NCBI GenBank assembly: GCA_013265495.1
Contig: MU058636.1
Location: 8,701,425-8,765,424, forward strand
Reading direction: 5' to 3'
Origin: Vicugna vicugna
Lineage: Eukaryota
DNA: 64,000 bases
Positions 51,598-63,697 of the stretch are shown here, one piece after another. Every line of letters begins with the position of its first letter. Within the stretch, counting starts at the first letter, position 1. The notes beneath the pieces are model-generated. The model saw only the letters and a program-made list of their open reading frames with translations. It searched no databases and was not told where the DNA came from. The position numbers and the translations under genes were made by a program.

Positions 51598-53429
51598 CAC
51601 TTCAGCATCTTTCTCCTTTGCTCATCCTTATCATTGCTCTATAGTTACCTTTTTTTAAACTAAAATAGTTCTTTGTGTTTACTATGACTGCCTATTTTTT
51701 ACTTCATAATCAACAGGTCTTTCCATTAAATTTATTTACTTGGGGAAAAAAAAAATACCCTATTGTCAGTTCTTAGGAAAAAGGAATAGAGGCAGCCAGA
51801 GTCAAAAATATGTTCAGAACTCTGCAGGGGCAAAATGAGGGCTCTTCGGGGAAGCTCCAAGTTCAGAGCCGGGCAATGAGGTAATATTGGTACCAGCCCT
51901 CTGCTCTTAGTTGTAGCAGTAGTTGCTGTAATATTTATCTGTATTTTGGAGGAAAGCAAACCTCAGCCTTTCCCTTAGTCTGCTAGCGACAAGTATCTAG
52001 GTTTGCTCTGAATCTTCTTATTGAATGATAAACTAGTTCCCCACATTTGATGTGAATTTCTGTCTCCTGATCACCCGAAGTCCTTCAAAGACACAAAAAT
52101 GAAAATGATGGCCTGCAGAGGTCCCGTGAATGATCTCAGTAGCACGGAGATATCGTGCCAGATAATCCTGAATTAAAGATTCGAAGTGTATGGTGGGCCA
52201 TTCAGGATAACAGTAAATGTTGCCTCCAATCATTAGCAAATTCCTGTTTTTTCCTGTAACGGGGTTTGGCAAATTTTAACAATGATGTGAGAAAACCCTG
52301 GAAAGTGAACCCAGTAGTCTCAATAAATGTTCCCAAAGCTTTCAAAGGGAGAGAGAGCATGAATGTGTTTATTCCTTCTTAAACCACCCACGAGAGAGAC
52401 TTTTCACATAAAGTTATCACATGACATACTTCACTTAGAATAAAATGTGTTTTAGAGCAGCGTTTCAAAGTTCTGCGGAAGTTGTTCCTTCAGCCTACGC
52501 TCTGTGAACATAGATTTTTTTTCAAGATTTTTTGCTGACCAGACTTTGCATATGATAGTCTTATCTTTCAGAATCTACAATGAGAGGTTCTTCATATTTA
52601 AGATTATATAAAAAATTGATATCATCTTGAACAGATCTTTGCAAGTAAAGATAGGGTGACATATAGGCTCTTAACTGAGATTTGTACATGTTCCCATTAA
52701 AATGGAATCAAGCAGAGAGGAATTCCATATTTCAGAATCAACTTTTTAGAATTCATGAAGTCCAAATTCTGAAGCGAGATTTGCATCCAGTGATAAAACA
52801 CATTATACAAAGTTAACTATGGTCTGTTGTATCAGCCTTTAATTCCTCCTTGCCGGGGCACTGGTAATGAACCTCAGGCAGGAGCCCTACAGGAATATTC
52901 TCAGTGCTAATCCTGTCTTGTGTGCTACACTGTTACCCGAGTCAGTGCTGATCAAGGTCTGATTTTTCAGGGTCTAGAGTAGAGATCCCTGACTCATGAA
53001 TCCAAGGATGTCCAGCGTTTTAATTTTCTATTTTTGATGTCTGTATTCACGACAGCCTGGTCTAGCACAGAGTCACACTTATGCCACTTTCTCCACTTTT
53101 CTGCAAATGTCAGTCACTACTCAGTTTGGTTTCCTTTTTTTGGTACTGTATTCCTTACCCTTGGTTTATAAATATGCTAAATATTCGAGGTAATGTTCTT
53201 TGGTAAATTTGGTCCCATTGATTCCCAACTTCACTGATGATCTAGCCTCGCAACTGAAGAATAGCTCAGCATCAAAGGGCAGAATAATTATGACTTTCAT
53301 TTTATTCTTATTTTTCCTCACCATTTAAAACCTAAGGAATCAAAAGGTTATAAAATAGTTTAACCACAAACAATAAATATACATTTATTTTCTGTAATAT
53401 ACTTAATAAATACATATGAGAAGGAAAGA

Positions 53430-53620
53430 AGTTTGACTTCTGTTACAGTCCCAGCCTTGCCAGAAAAATCTATGTAACCTCAGGCAAATTAAAACCTCTC
53501 CAGACATCACTTTGCTCATCTACAAAAACAATAGCCACAAAGGAACAAGGATGTTGGACGTTTAAAAGAAGGCACTGATTTCTTTTCAATTGTGAAATTC
53601 TAACGATCTATTAAAAATTA
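53430..53620 (+). mobile_element. MIR SINE fragment
   Basis: agtcccagccttgcc...tatgtaacctcaggcaaattaaaacctctc...ctcatctacaaaa. Confidence 0.55.
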
Positions 53621-54489
53621 TCTAAAAGTTTGTCTCAAATTATCCCAGTGTTCTATCTAATAAAAACATGAATCACAATTGTTCTTCATTTACTCCACAC
53701 TGAATGTTTCAAACAATTAAGTGTTTACATGTGATTGCATTTTATGATTTGTTACAATTTTACTTGACTGCTAGATCCTGGGTCAGAGAACTTGATCTAA
53801 TTTATGCTTGCTGGCACTAAAGTTTATTTATGGCACTGAATAAATTATGGTGTAACAACACATTTGAAAATATCTTCCTAAGGGACCAGAGTTATAGCAT
53901 TAATTTGCATTTTTCTTTCTAAAATTCAGATAAATATAAGTATTTATGGAAGGAACAAATGTTGTATGTTGGCTCTGAGATCTGTCTTCAGTATGGAATG
54001 CTGGGTGTTTATCCCTTGTGTTATCTTGGTGCCGAGCTCTTTTCAAAGAGTTGTAGGGTGGTTTAGGTGGCAGATATGAAAGCAATGTTGATTCAATTAC
54101 ATTTTCTATATTTTCCCTTAGTAATGTGCAAAAAAAAAAATTACACCAAACAGCTAAATCAAGCCAAATTCTAAAATTATGACAGGCTGTAAAGAAAATT
54201 AGTGATTAATTATAATTCAGATTTACAACAGTATTTGTTTTTGAATGAAGTAAATTTCCATTAAAATGTAAACAAAGAACAAGCCTAAAAAAGATGGGAT
54301 GTGTGTTTGGTAAAGTAAATAATCGTTATAATTTCTAAAACCTTTGGCTGGGAAATTCATGGCAAAAAAAAACTGTAAGTGATATTTATAACTAAAAACA
54401 AAAACAAAACCTTAATTTTTAATTCTTTCTCCCTCCAAAGTCTCAATTATATTCTCTCAGTGGTGATACAAATTAAAGTATTTCTCTTT

Positions 54490-54740
54490 GTGAGGTACAC
54501 AAGAGCTCTGAATGGACGAGCCTCTCGGTCTACCTGCTCCATAATGGGTGCAAATTCTGGCTCTACTAGGTATTAGCTGAGAGACTCTGCCCAAAGCACT
54601 TGGCTGTTTGAATTTGCAACGTCCTCAGGCATAAGATGAAAATAATTCTTCCTTAGTTTGATTGTTGCATTGATTTGTGATGTCCTATGTGTACAGCATC
54701 TATGATGGAAACTGACATATAAAATTCTTAGTCTATGCTG
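54490..54740 (+). mobile_element. MIR SINE
   Basis: gggtgcaaattctggctctactaggtattagctgagagact... Confidence 0.55.
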
Positions 54741-54880
54741 TTTCCTTCCATGTTTTACTTCTTTTCTTTCAATTCTGCACTCACTCTAACCTCATGGGAT
54801 ATAGACTTGAAGATTCTAGAAATTTTATATTTTCATTGCTTCTGCTTTTATGCATCTGTTAAATTCAGTATTGTAAAAAT

Positions 54881-55348
54881 TAAGACAGGAGGGAAGGGGG
54901 CAGGGCACAACTGTTAAAAGACTGACACAGCAATTGAGGATAGGTTAACTGGTTAGAACCAACTCAGCCCAAGATGGCAGAAGATCTGACTTCTGGTAGA
55001 CCTTAAGCCTCATTATAGGCTCATTGTAATACATTAGCAAGCCAAATGACACACTCATAGGCACCATGACAGTTCCCAGGCTGATCATAAAAGGGGAGAC
55101 CCAATTACTGGAAATCCCCACCCCTTCCCCCATAGTTGGAATAATCCTCCCACTCCTTAGCATAAGAAATTACCCAGCCCATAAAAACTAACCACCTGCA
55201 CATCTCGGAGCCACCTCTCTTGCCTTCTGAGATGGCTAGCTCTCGGTTTATGGAGTGTGTATCTCCTTAAATAAACTTCCTTTCACTATATTAGCGCTTG
55301 CTCTTGAATTCTTTCCTGCATGAGACAAGAACCAATTCTCTGGGAACA
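54881..55348 (+). mobile_element. MER41-like ERV1 solo LTR (cetartiodactyl branch)
   Basis: agacaggagggaagggggcagggcac start; cccaagatggc, tacattagc, caccatgacagtt, ggaataatcctcccac, aataaacttcctttcac, gaattctttcctg motifs recalled from MER41; ends gggaaca. Confidence 0.75.
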
Positions 55349-58149
55349 AAACTACAACTGTCTAACAGCAGGTCAGTATGTTCAAGTTAAACAAGGTAAT
55401 GAATGAAGGGCCCTCCCATGTTGATATGATGAGACACAGAATGGGAGGATGGTAATGGTAGTTGGTTGAGGATGTAAAGATATTGATAATTATTGTGCTT
55501 TTTAAAAAGCATCTTGAGTTTGAAATAAACATACGTTTTAATTCCTATCATTCGATGGGAAATCAGACAGGGAAACCTATACATATGTACAAAATGACTG
55601 AGTGAGATAAAAGTGCATAATTTACTGCTAAAGAGATAATAGTGTTACCCTATTAAAAAAAAAACAAGAGCATGGAGTCAATGATGGAAGATTTTGTAAC
55701 AGAGAAGAGCTTGAGACAAGTTTGATAGGCAGGGAGATATTCTTGTGTGTGGTAAAGAATAATGACAAAGTCATTCAGAAGCACTCTGTCAGAATATCTC
55801 AGGTCTCAGAGAACATTTGGTGCTTGCTTGGTGTCTTCTAAGCTAAATCTCACTATAAAATGGGGAAAATCCAGGAAGAGTTCACATACAGTAGGATTAT
55901 TTTACCAGATTTATTTTAGAAAATGAAAACACCCAATCTTCCTTTGCACTGGTTATAACTCACTATTGAGTCACCGCTTTTTGTTATGCTTAATTTTCTT
56001 CCAATTTCACTTACTTGTCATTTCTCATATTTAATGCTACCTTCGTATGACTAACCATTGCTGGCTATCAAATGAATGTGACAGTCCCCTCAGACACAAC
56101 AGATTTTTCTGGGGATATGATTAATACTGAATGATTCACTGATATTAGATGTAGTACATATTAATTAGTATCTTTCCTTTGAGATTAACTCCATGAAGGC
56201 AAAAGGAAACTTCAATATTTTCTTCCCCATAAACCAAAAGGCTCTAGTTAACAGTGTGACAGTGAGATATTTTTTTCCTAGCAACTTGCAATTCCATTTC
56301 TCTATTCTTTTGGTTGTAATCCTAGCACTAAGGGAGGATGCCCTGTACTGACAGCCTACAGAATCAAGAACATTATTTCACCCTTTCCTCTCCTCCATCA
56401 CACTGCACTACCTATGTCTCCATGGTTTTAATCCATGAATAGCTAATATTTAAGCTGAAGTGTCAAAACTGGTAATGAGATTTTTATCTCTTCTATAGAA
56501 GTTCATTCATTCATCCTGTAACTAGTCTATAATTTTTCCTATTTTATTTTTTATATTTCATTATTTATATTTTTGTATTTTAAATATCTGTAAACTGTTA
56601 AAACTATATTATAATAAGAAGAACAATAATAGAATCATAAATAAAACATCATAGGGGACCAAGAATCGAATTCTTCAGCCTGTATCATTTCAATATTCTC
56701 AAGTGCATATAAATGAGGACTGTATTTAAGTAACTCTGATAGTCAGTATCAGGCTAGCAAAAGGTTATTCACATAATGTAGGTGACCAGCTAATCAATCA
56801 GCAGTGTTATCCTTATCAAAGAGTATAGTTTTCAGATATATATTTCAAAAATTAGTACAAATCAAGTGTTACTGGGACCATAATTGTGTTGCTCATTCAA
56901 TCAAATCTGATCACATAACTTTTAAAAAACTTTTTACTATTGGGATTTTTGAGTGGCTAACATAGATAAAAATAAAAACTATGAGAGGTAGACTGGTTAG
57001 AGTAGCATGGTTCCTTTGAGCTATCCGTCTCCTCCAACCCAGAGCACACAAGGATTTGGGATCATCTCTGCTTAAAATGTTACTGAATGGATTTCCATGT
57101 TTAAAAAATGGACCATTGCAACAGCAAGAGAAGATACTGTAAGTAAAATCCAAAGGTGAAAATCTATACAAGATAGCCATTATGTCAGTGGCATTTTCAC
57201 TTTTTGTGGAAATCAAGATGTTGAAAGCAAGGTTCTGCCACTGTCTCTGTAACTTGTTCTCACTTTTCAATGTTGAAGAAACACTTAATGAAATCCACTC
57301 TCTCATGTATTGCACTGTGAATATTGAGTGTCAAGGATTTTCTCTAGTGTATTATCAACTGTTTTATTTTTTGGCTTTTTAATTTATAAGAGTTTTGAGA
57401 TTCCCCTTGTTTGAACCATCTAAGCAGCCAGCTATTTTTGTATAGGCTTGTAACCCAAAGAAATGTCAAAGCCCTCACTATCTGACCCTACCATTTATCA
57501 TTTAGGTCACTAAAAATTAAATAAGCAACACACAGACAACTGAGATTAATATTCTACATTTTATAATTGTGTAGCTCTGAGCATAATGAAAATGCTCAGG
57601 CAGATAGAAATAATTTGCAAAGTATATTTTCTTCTCTTGTTAGCACAAAATCTACCAGATGCTTACACAGTCCCTTTCTTTTTCCTTCCTGATTCCCCTG
57701 GCATTAATTTCACAATCAGCTTATGTCTTTTATTCTGCTCTTCCCAACTCATAAAATCCTGGCCACATGCAATTTTTAACATTACATTCTTGATTCATTA
57801 CCCCCTCCCATCAGTACTTTATTGTCATACATGATACAGCTATGTAATTCTGTGCTTTTATAAAAGTATAAAAATTGTTGAAATATTTGGCTCTGGAAGC
57901 AAGTACATCCAAATATTTAGAACATATTCATCATTTTCACAATTTAAGATACATATTTGTTATTTGTGATACATATGAATACTATTTATAATACAAATTA
58001 TTTCTAACACATATTTGCTTAATTACATTATTTAAAAAGTCAGGTCATTTTGTGGGTTTTTTTTTTTTTTTTTTGTATTTCTGGGGAAAATCATATGTGG
58101 TCAGAATGTATCATAAAAACCACATCTTTTTTACTGGTCAACTTACTAG

Positions 58150-58335
58150 TTTTTATTGAGATATAACTGACATATAACATTATTTTAGTTTAAGGGGTAA
58201 CACATAGCGACTTGACATTTGTATATATTGAGAAATGATCATGACAATAACCTAGTTAACATCTATCATCACACATAGTTACAATTTTTTTCTTGTGATG
58301 AGAACTTTTAAGGTATGCTGTCTTAGCAACTAGTA
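58150..58335 (-). mobile_element. L1MA9-like 3' end
   Basis: tttattgagatataactgacatataacatt...ttttcttgtgatgagaacttttaagg...cttagcaact; similar to 6326-6520. Confidence 0.8.
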
Positions 58336-58709
58336 CTTATGCAAAAAAAATTGAAGCTATGTTCATTGAATCTTGGATTTGTCTGTTTTACATTTTTCTA
58401 AAGGACTGAATTAGAATTTTGTTAGATTCCTGTGTCTGTTTTTTTGTAACCTATTTAATTTGTGTATTAACTACTATTCTTGTACTTTGGGCATAGCTAG
58501 GCTTTTTCTAAGGTTTTGAGTTGGAAAGCTTTTCTAATACATGCATTTAAGTAAAAGTGGCTTTTTCTAGTACATAGGAGTCCATAGCAGTTGTCAAAAT
58601 ATTTAAACATTTCTATTTGGATATATTGAAAGCCACTATCCAGAGCCACTGCCCTCAGTGCTCCTACAAATCTCAACAGAATTCTTTCCTGGACCTTCTA
58701 CCTCCACTA

Positions 58710-58912
58710 GACGAGGCTGGAAGTAGAGTGAGGCAAGTCACATACTTGCCTAGGGGACAATATTTAAGAGGACTCAAAACAAAACAAAACAAAACGAAAC
58801 AACTCAGTAACTAAGATAAATAATAGTTCATATGCTATTTAAAAAATCAAAATGGATGCTAAAAAATCCATGGTGAAGAAAATATCAAAATTTTAGATTA
58901 AAAATGCGGATT
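58710..58912 (+). mobile_element. hAT (Tip100-like) DNA transposon fragment
   Basis: agtgaggcaagt...cttgcctaggggacaatatttaag...aactcagtaactaagataaataa...aaaaaatccatggtgaagaaaatatcaaaatttt. Confidence 0.55.
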
Positions 58913-59779
58913 GTTGCTCACCTCCTTCAAGACCCTGCGACGGGAACGGTCACTTCCAGTTGGGCCGTAGTTCCAAGAACACAGTTACCAGCGGGGCAGG
59001 TCTGTGAGAGCTGACGACGGTGAGCAGGCAGACTGAGCAACACAGGGCTTTCTATATAGTCACGTTTTTTATTTGTTTGGTTTTTGCTTTCTTGTAGAGC
59101 TTTCTATTCTCTTTTTTCCATTTGGTTTGAAAAATGGGAGGATGTTTTGATAAGCACATATAGGGGCTGTCTTGCTTCTGGCCCAGCACAGCACTGCCTT
59201 CAGACCTGCCTACTTCCATTTGATTGTCCAGTCCCTGGCAGTCAGCACTCCCAACTTCTTACTTCTGAGACACTGGCATTTGCATTCTTCAAGCACTTTA
59301 AATACATGCCCTCAAGAAGCCACAGGTGGGCATCACAGGAGCATCGACTATCTCACTGGTGGTCTTGCCCACTGATCACAACCTTCAGAAGTCTGCAATC
59401 TTCAGAACCGTCTGGCATCCCTGGTAGAAGAGCTTGGAGCCCTGGGGGCCAAATACCAATCTGGTTTCCCCTCCTCAGTTTGGTTTTGAAAGATTCTAGG
59501 AGGGGCCAGAGAAGCCCATGGCTGGTGATGAAGGGTCCCTGCTGGCTTTGGCCAGGCACCGTGGTGTCCACTGACGTAGTGAGCACTCCAGCAACAGGAG
59601 GAAGACCACGGGCACTGAAGGAGACTTTGGTGTAGTTTTGGGCCATGAACCTGAAGGATTTGGGGTCATTGTGAATTTCATCTTCATTTAATTGCACCGC
59701 GTTAGGAAAAACCCTCAAATACTCACCTGTCACGGCTATTAACCCTCTTCCTATGAATACACGTAGAATGCAGCACTGG

Positions 59780-59945
59780 CCCTGCTGCGTAATTCTAAAT
59801 GCATGCTGACTTGTTAGAAGGATATCATTTTCATCATCATCTCCATTTGGAAGGTGAAGATACTGAAACTCTAAGTCATTTCTTACTTGGGTAGTAGAGC
59901 TGTTAATTGGCAGCCCCGCAAAGAGCCATATTCTCAATTGCCCTC
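59780..59945 (-). mobile_element. MIR SINE (degenerate)
   Basis: catcatctccatttggaaggtgaagatactgaaact...agagctgttaattggcag. Confidence 0.55.
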
Positions 59946-60731
59946 CTATGCCGCTTGGCATCTGGCCTGAAGAAGTAAATGAGGGTCTAATCCATGGTTC
60001 TCAAGACTTGGTCAAAAATGGAGATAGTGATAATATAAAGATCTCAGGCAGTGCTGTAAGTGTTATAAAGCTGATGAAGTCTTCCATCGGTCTACCTGTT
60101 GTTTTGTAAGTAATCTCCTACTTCTTGCCAGGTGCTTTCAGGACTTCTTTATTTACATTTAATGAATTTGTAGTTCAGCAAAAGCAGAGAGAGGAAGGAA
60201 CGGCATCAACAATGTGACTGATTTTCAGAGAATTTTTTCTTGAAACTATTGATCATGTAATAATTATCAATTTAATTGGTTGGGGGGGGAGTCTTTGAAA
60301 AAGTCAGTGTTGTTCCTTAAATGAAATCATGGCAGAAATGGAAGCCACCTTCACAAGAAAAAGTTTCTTCATACAAAATAGCATGTTAACAATTTTTAAA
60401 AATCAGCAAGTGATTTGGAAGTTGGTAGAATTATTAATGAATGGTTGTCCTGCAAATTATATCACTTGGTAACTGAATTTGAATAATACAGAGTTAGGGA
60501 ATGAAAGTAATACATATTTTAAGATTTAACTTATTTGCTGGTTTTAAATTAGTTTAAAATTTTAAACTAACTATTAAATAGTTTCACTATCGTACCAGCA
60601 TTTATGGCTAAAATTGCCTTACTATTCATTAAATTATGACTTTCTAGTGTTGACCAGTGTTAAAGACTCTTTGAATTAACCAGTGTTATTTGCCTTACTG
60701 ACTTCTGAAATCCACCCTTGAGCATATCTAT

Positions 60732-60771
60732 GTACACACACACATACACATACATATATTATGTATGTATG

Positions 60772-60802
<31 letters not shown>

Positions 60803-60805
60803 ATA
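60732..60805. repeat. Compound (CA)n/(TA)n/(TG)n microsatellite
   Basis: tacacacacacatacacatacatatattatgtatgtatgtatatatatatgtgtgtgtgtgtgtgtgtgtata. Confidence 0.9.
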
Positions 60806-61206
60806 GTTTCTTACATCTTACTCCTTTCTGGGTTCAACTTCCTTCTTCCTGAAGTGATAACTCTTTCATGGAAATCATATAATTTTATTTATTTTTTTTA
60901 ATCTCTGCTTCACTCCTCAAAATTGCATGCATTTCACTCTCACTTTTCAATGATAGTATAATTACTTTTCCCACAACATTAAAAATAGCATTCTGTGTTT
61001 TTCTGGCCTTTCCTGTTGCTGAAGAAGACGTCCATTAATCTAGCTGTATTTTGGTAGGTAATCTCTCATTTCTTTCTGAGTGTTTTCAGGGCTTATTTAT
61101 TTGGCTTTAATATTCTACAGTTTTACTACACTGGGGTCAATTATGGCATTTTTAAGATTCTGTTCATAATTTGAAGTGTTTTTAAATTTTAGTATCGATG
61201 TCTTCC

Positions 61207-61730
61207 TGTAATAGGGAAGAACAATTCTGAGTCTATATTGGATCTGTTTCTCTTACTTTAAATTTTGTATTCTGTTGCTTTGGCTACAAGTTAATCACTA
61301 AAGGGGTGTTGCTTATAGCTTAAAATATACATAATGGTCCATCTCCAAGAACCCTGACTCCCATGTCTTAAGCATTAAGCTAAAATTCCTTTGTTTAGCT
61401 CACAGGAGATATCCTGAACAAGCCCACCTATGAATGGCTGCAGTCAAGGAGAGATGAGCACTTGCCCTCCGGAGTCTGGCAGGAACCAGGAAATATTTGC
61501 AACAACTTACCTTTTTGACTTTCCTTCCTCACCTCCCGCCCGCCTGCTTCGTTCTATAAAGGACACTAGCATCCAAACCTGGGCAATATGGTTTTTCGGA
61601 ACAGGAGTCCACTATCTTCCTGGTCTGCTGGCTTTCTGAATAAATGTTGCTATTTCTTGCCCCAACAACTTGTCTCTTGATTGATTGGCCCGTCCTGTTG
61701 GCAAGCAGTACAAGCTTGGACTCGGTAACA
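61207..61730 (+). mobile_element. Solo ERV LTR (class I type), same family as 25871-26381
   Basis: TGTAATAGGG...GGTAACA, TATAAA, AATAAA, 4-bp TSD TTCC (61203-61206 and 61731-61734). Confidence 0.9.
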
Positions 61731-61921
61731 TTCCCTCAGTTCTGAAAATATTTTCAAATACTGCCTCTCTCCCATTGTTTCTATTATTTTCTCTCTGAAA
61801 CACCTTTTATAGATGAGTTGTACACTGTCCTTCTATACTTTGTGTTTCCTTTCCCGTCTCCTTAACTCTCTGAGCTGAATTTTGGATAATTTTTCAATGG
61901 CTGCCCAATTATTATTTTTAA

Positions 61922-61987
61922 ATTTCTAAATGTTCTCCAAGTTATTTCTAAATGTTCTCAAAATTATTTCTAAATGTTCTCCAGGTT
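61922..61987. repeat. 22-bp tandem repeat, three copies
   Basis: atttctaaatgttctccaagtt / atttctaaatgttctcaaaatt / atttctaaatgttctccaggtt. Confidence 0.9.
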
Positions 61988-63578
61988 TCTTATCTGTCTC
62001 TTTGTTTTATTTTCACATTGATTTGTTAGTTACTTAGGGGATTCTTACCTTGTATTTCTCCAGTCATTTTAGACTCCCTGAGGTTGGAGTTTTAAAATCT
62101 CAAGCTTGTGGGGAACACATTTTCCATTGCAGTCACTCCTGCTCTTGTTTACAATGGACTGTTTCCTCTCTTATTTGTAATATTTTCAAATGACCGCATC
62201 GTAGGTCTGCAATACGTTCTTTCGTTTCTTATAAAATTTCTGTGCAGCACGAGTTGTTGAAGTTCCTTTCCATGTAGTTTTTCTTTCCTTCACTTCCGTC
62301 AGGGGCTCTGGCCCTTGACCAATTTAGGTTCGTTTTTCAGTTTGAATTTTCCTGTATTGTACAATTAGTGTAAATTCTGGCCTAAAGTTGATTAAGAGTT
62401 ACTTCATAGGGGAAAAAAAAAATTCTCCCCTAGGGCTGGGGGAGGCGTGTTAATTGTTATCTCTCTGAACAAGAGGATGGAGGATATACGTACCCTCTCG
62501 TGGGGGTTGCAGCCTTTAATTCTCAGCCGTGTGATGCCACTCTTCATCCACCCCACCGTCCTCTCACGGTGACCTCATGATCCACCATGACCATCATAGT
62601 TTGCTCCGACCAGTGTGGTTGAGTTTCCTCTTCTTCTCTGGCCCCTACACATTTGTTTTCTTCTATTGTAAGCCTAGACAATTATTGAAAAGGATGCATT
62701 TATTTTCCCCCAGAATCTTTTGTTATCTATACAGGGAAGGATTCTGGCCAGCCTGGTCTACCATTTTGCCAGAATCAGACAGATTTATTTTTACAATGCT
62801 ATTTTAAAGCAGGTTTTCTTCTATCTTGGGTAGACGCCATCATCCCTAATCACAGAATAATTTGCAATGATGCTTATTTCTGCACATGGGCCTGAAACTC
62901 TCTTTACATAACCCCCTCCACACACACACATACAATAATATACACATGCAAAAGGGAGTCAGATGGTGAGATGAGATACAATTTAGCACATTTATAACTT
63001 GCTCCATGCTAATGGGGACAAAATTTGTTAGGAAGACTTGTTGTGAAAGCCAAGAGAAGCTGTTCCAGGCATGGCGGCTGTCATCACAGGAATGCATGCA
63101 GGGGACAGTGTTATACTTCAGAGGTTGGTATGAGGTAAATGCATTGATAGGATACAGTGCTTTCAAAACAAAAGTATATTAGAGTCATTTGATGAGAGAA
63201 AAATAGTCATTCCTGGGCCTGAAAATGCTTCCATGTGTTTAGCTGGGTCCAGGAATCTACACTGTGGTAAGCACTTCAGATGACTCTTTGCAAGTAGCTT
63301 ATGGCATATGGGGCTGCTTTGGGAACCACTGGGGAGACATAGCAAGAAATCAATAGTGGAGCAAGGAAACTCGTTTATAAAGGGCTTTGATGCCTCCAGT
63401 AAGGAATCTATACTTTATCTGGATGAATGACCAGGAGATCCAATCCCTGAACGGCAATGAAAATCCCCAAAAGGCAATGTGATGTGAAAACATTAGAATG
63501 TAAGCTGTATGTGTCAACAGCACGAACTAAATAACTGTTAAATCTGCTTATTTATAAATGGTGATGTATGTATTAGAT

Positions 63579-63670
63579 CAGGGGTCAGTCAGCAAACTCC
63601 ACCCCAAGGACTGAATGTTACCTGTGCCTTGTTTTTGTATGGCCAGTGAGCTAAGAATGATTTTTAAAGA
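63579..63670 (+). mobile_element. MER58-like hAT fragment
   Basis: caggggtcagtcagcaaact...gtttttgtatggccagtgagctaagaatgattttta. Confidence 0.7.
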
Positions 63671-63697
63671 ATTATGTTTGGGGGTGGTAGGGTAGGC

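Larger units (their letters stand above)
60810..62785 (-). mobile_element. Ancient L1M 5'UTR/ORF1 region interrupted by an LTR
   Basis: T-rich L1 antisense motifs (tttttctggcctttcctgttgctgaagaag, taatattctacagttttactaca), ending ctaccattttgccagaatcaga. Confidence 0.6.

Noticed and set aside
56911..57315. 134-aa minus-strand ORF
   Set aside because: No recognisable domain; composition typical of non-coding DNA.
59084..59961. Overlapping 183-aa (+) and 202-aa (-) ORFs as genes or a retrocopy
   Set aside because: Locally higher GC lengthens ORFs; there is no recognisable homology, poly-A tail or TSD, and part overlaps a MIR.
25871..61730. Full provirus bounded by the two LTRs
   Set aside because: Each LTR has its own TSD, the spacing is 35 kb, and no primer-binding site or gag/pol/env sequence lies between them.
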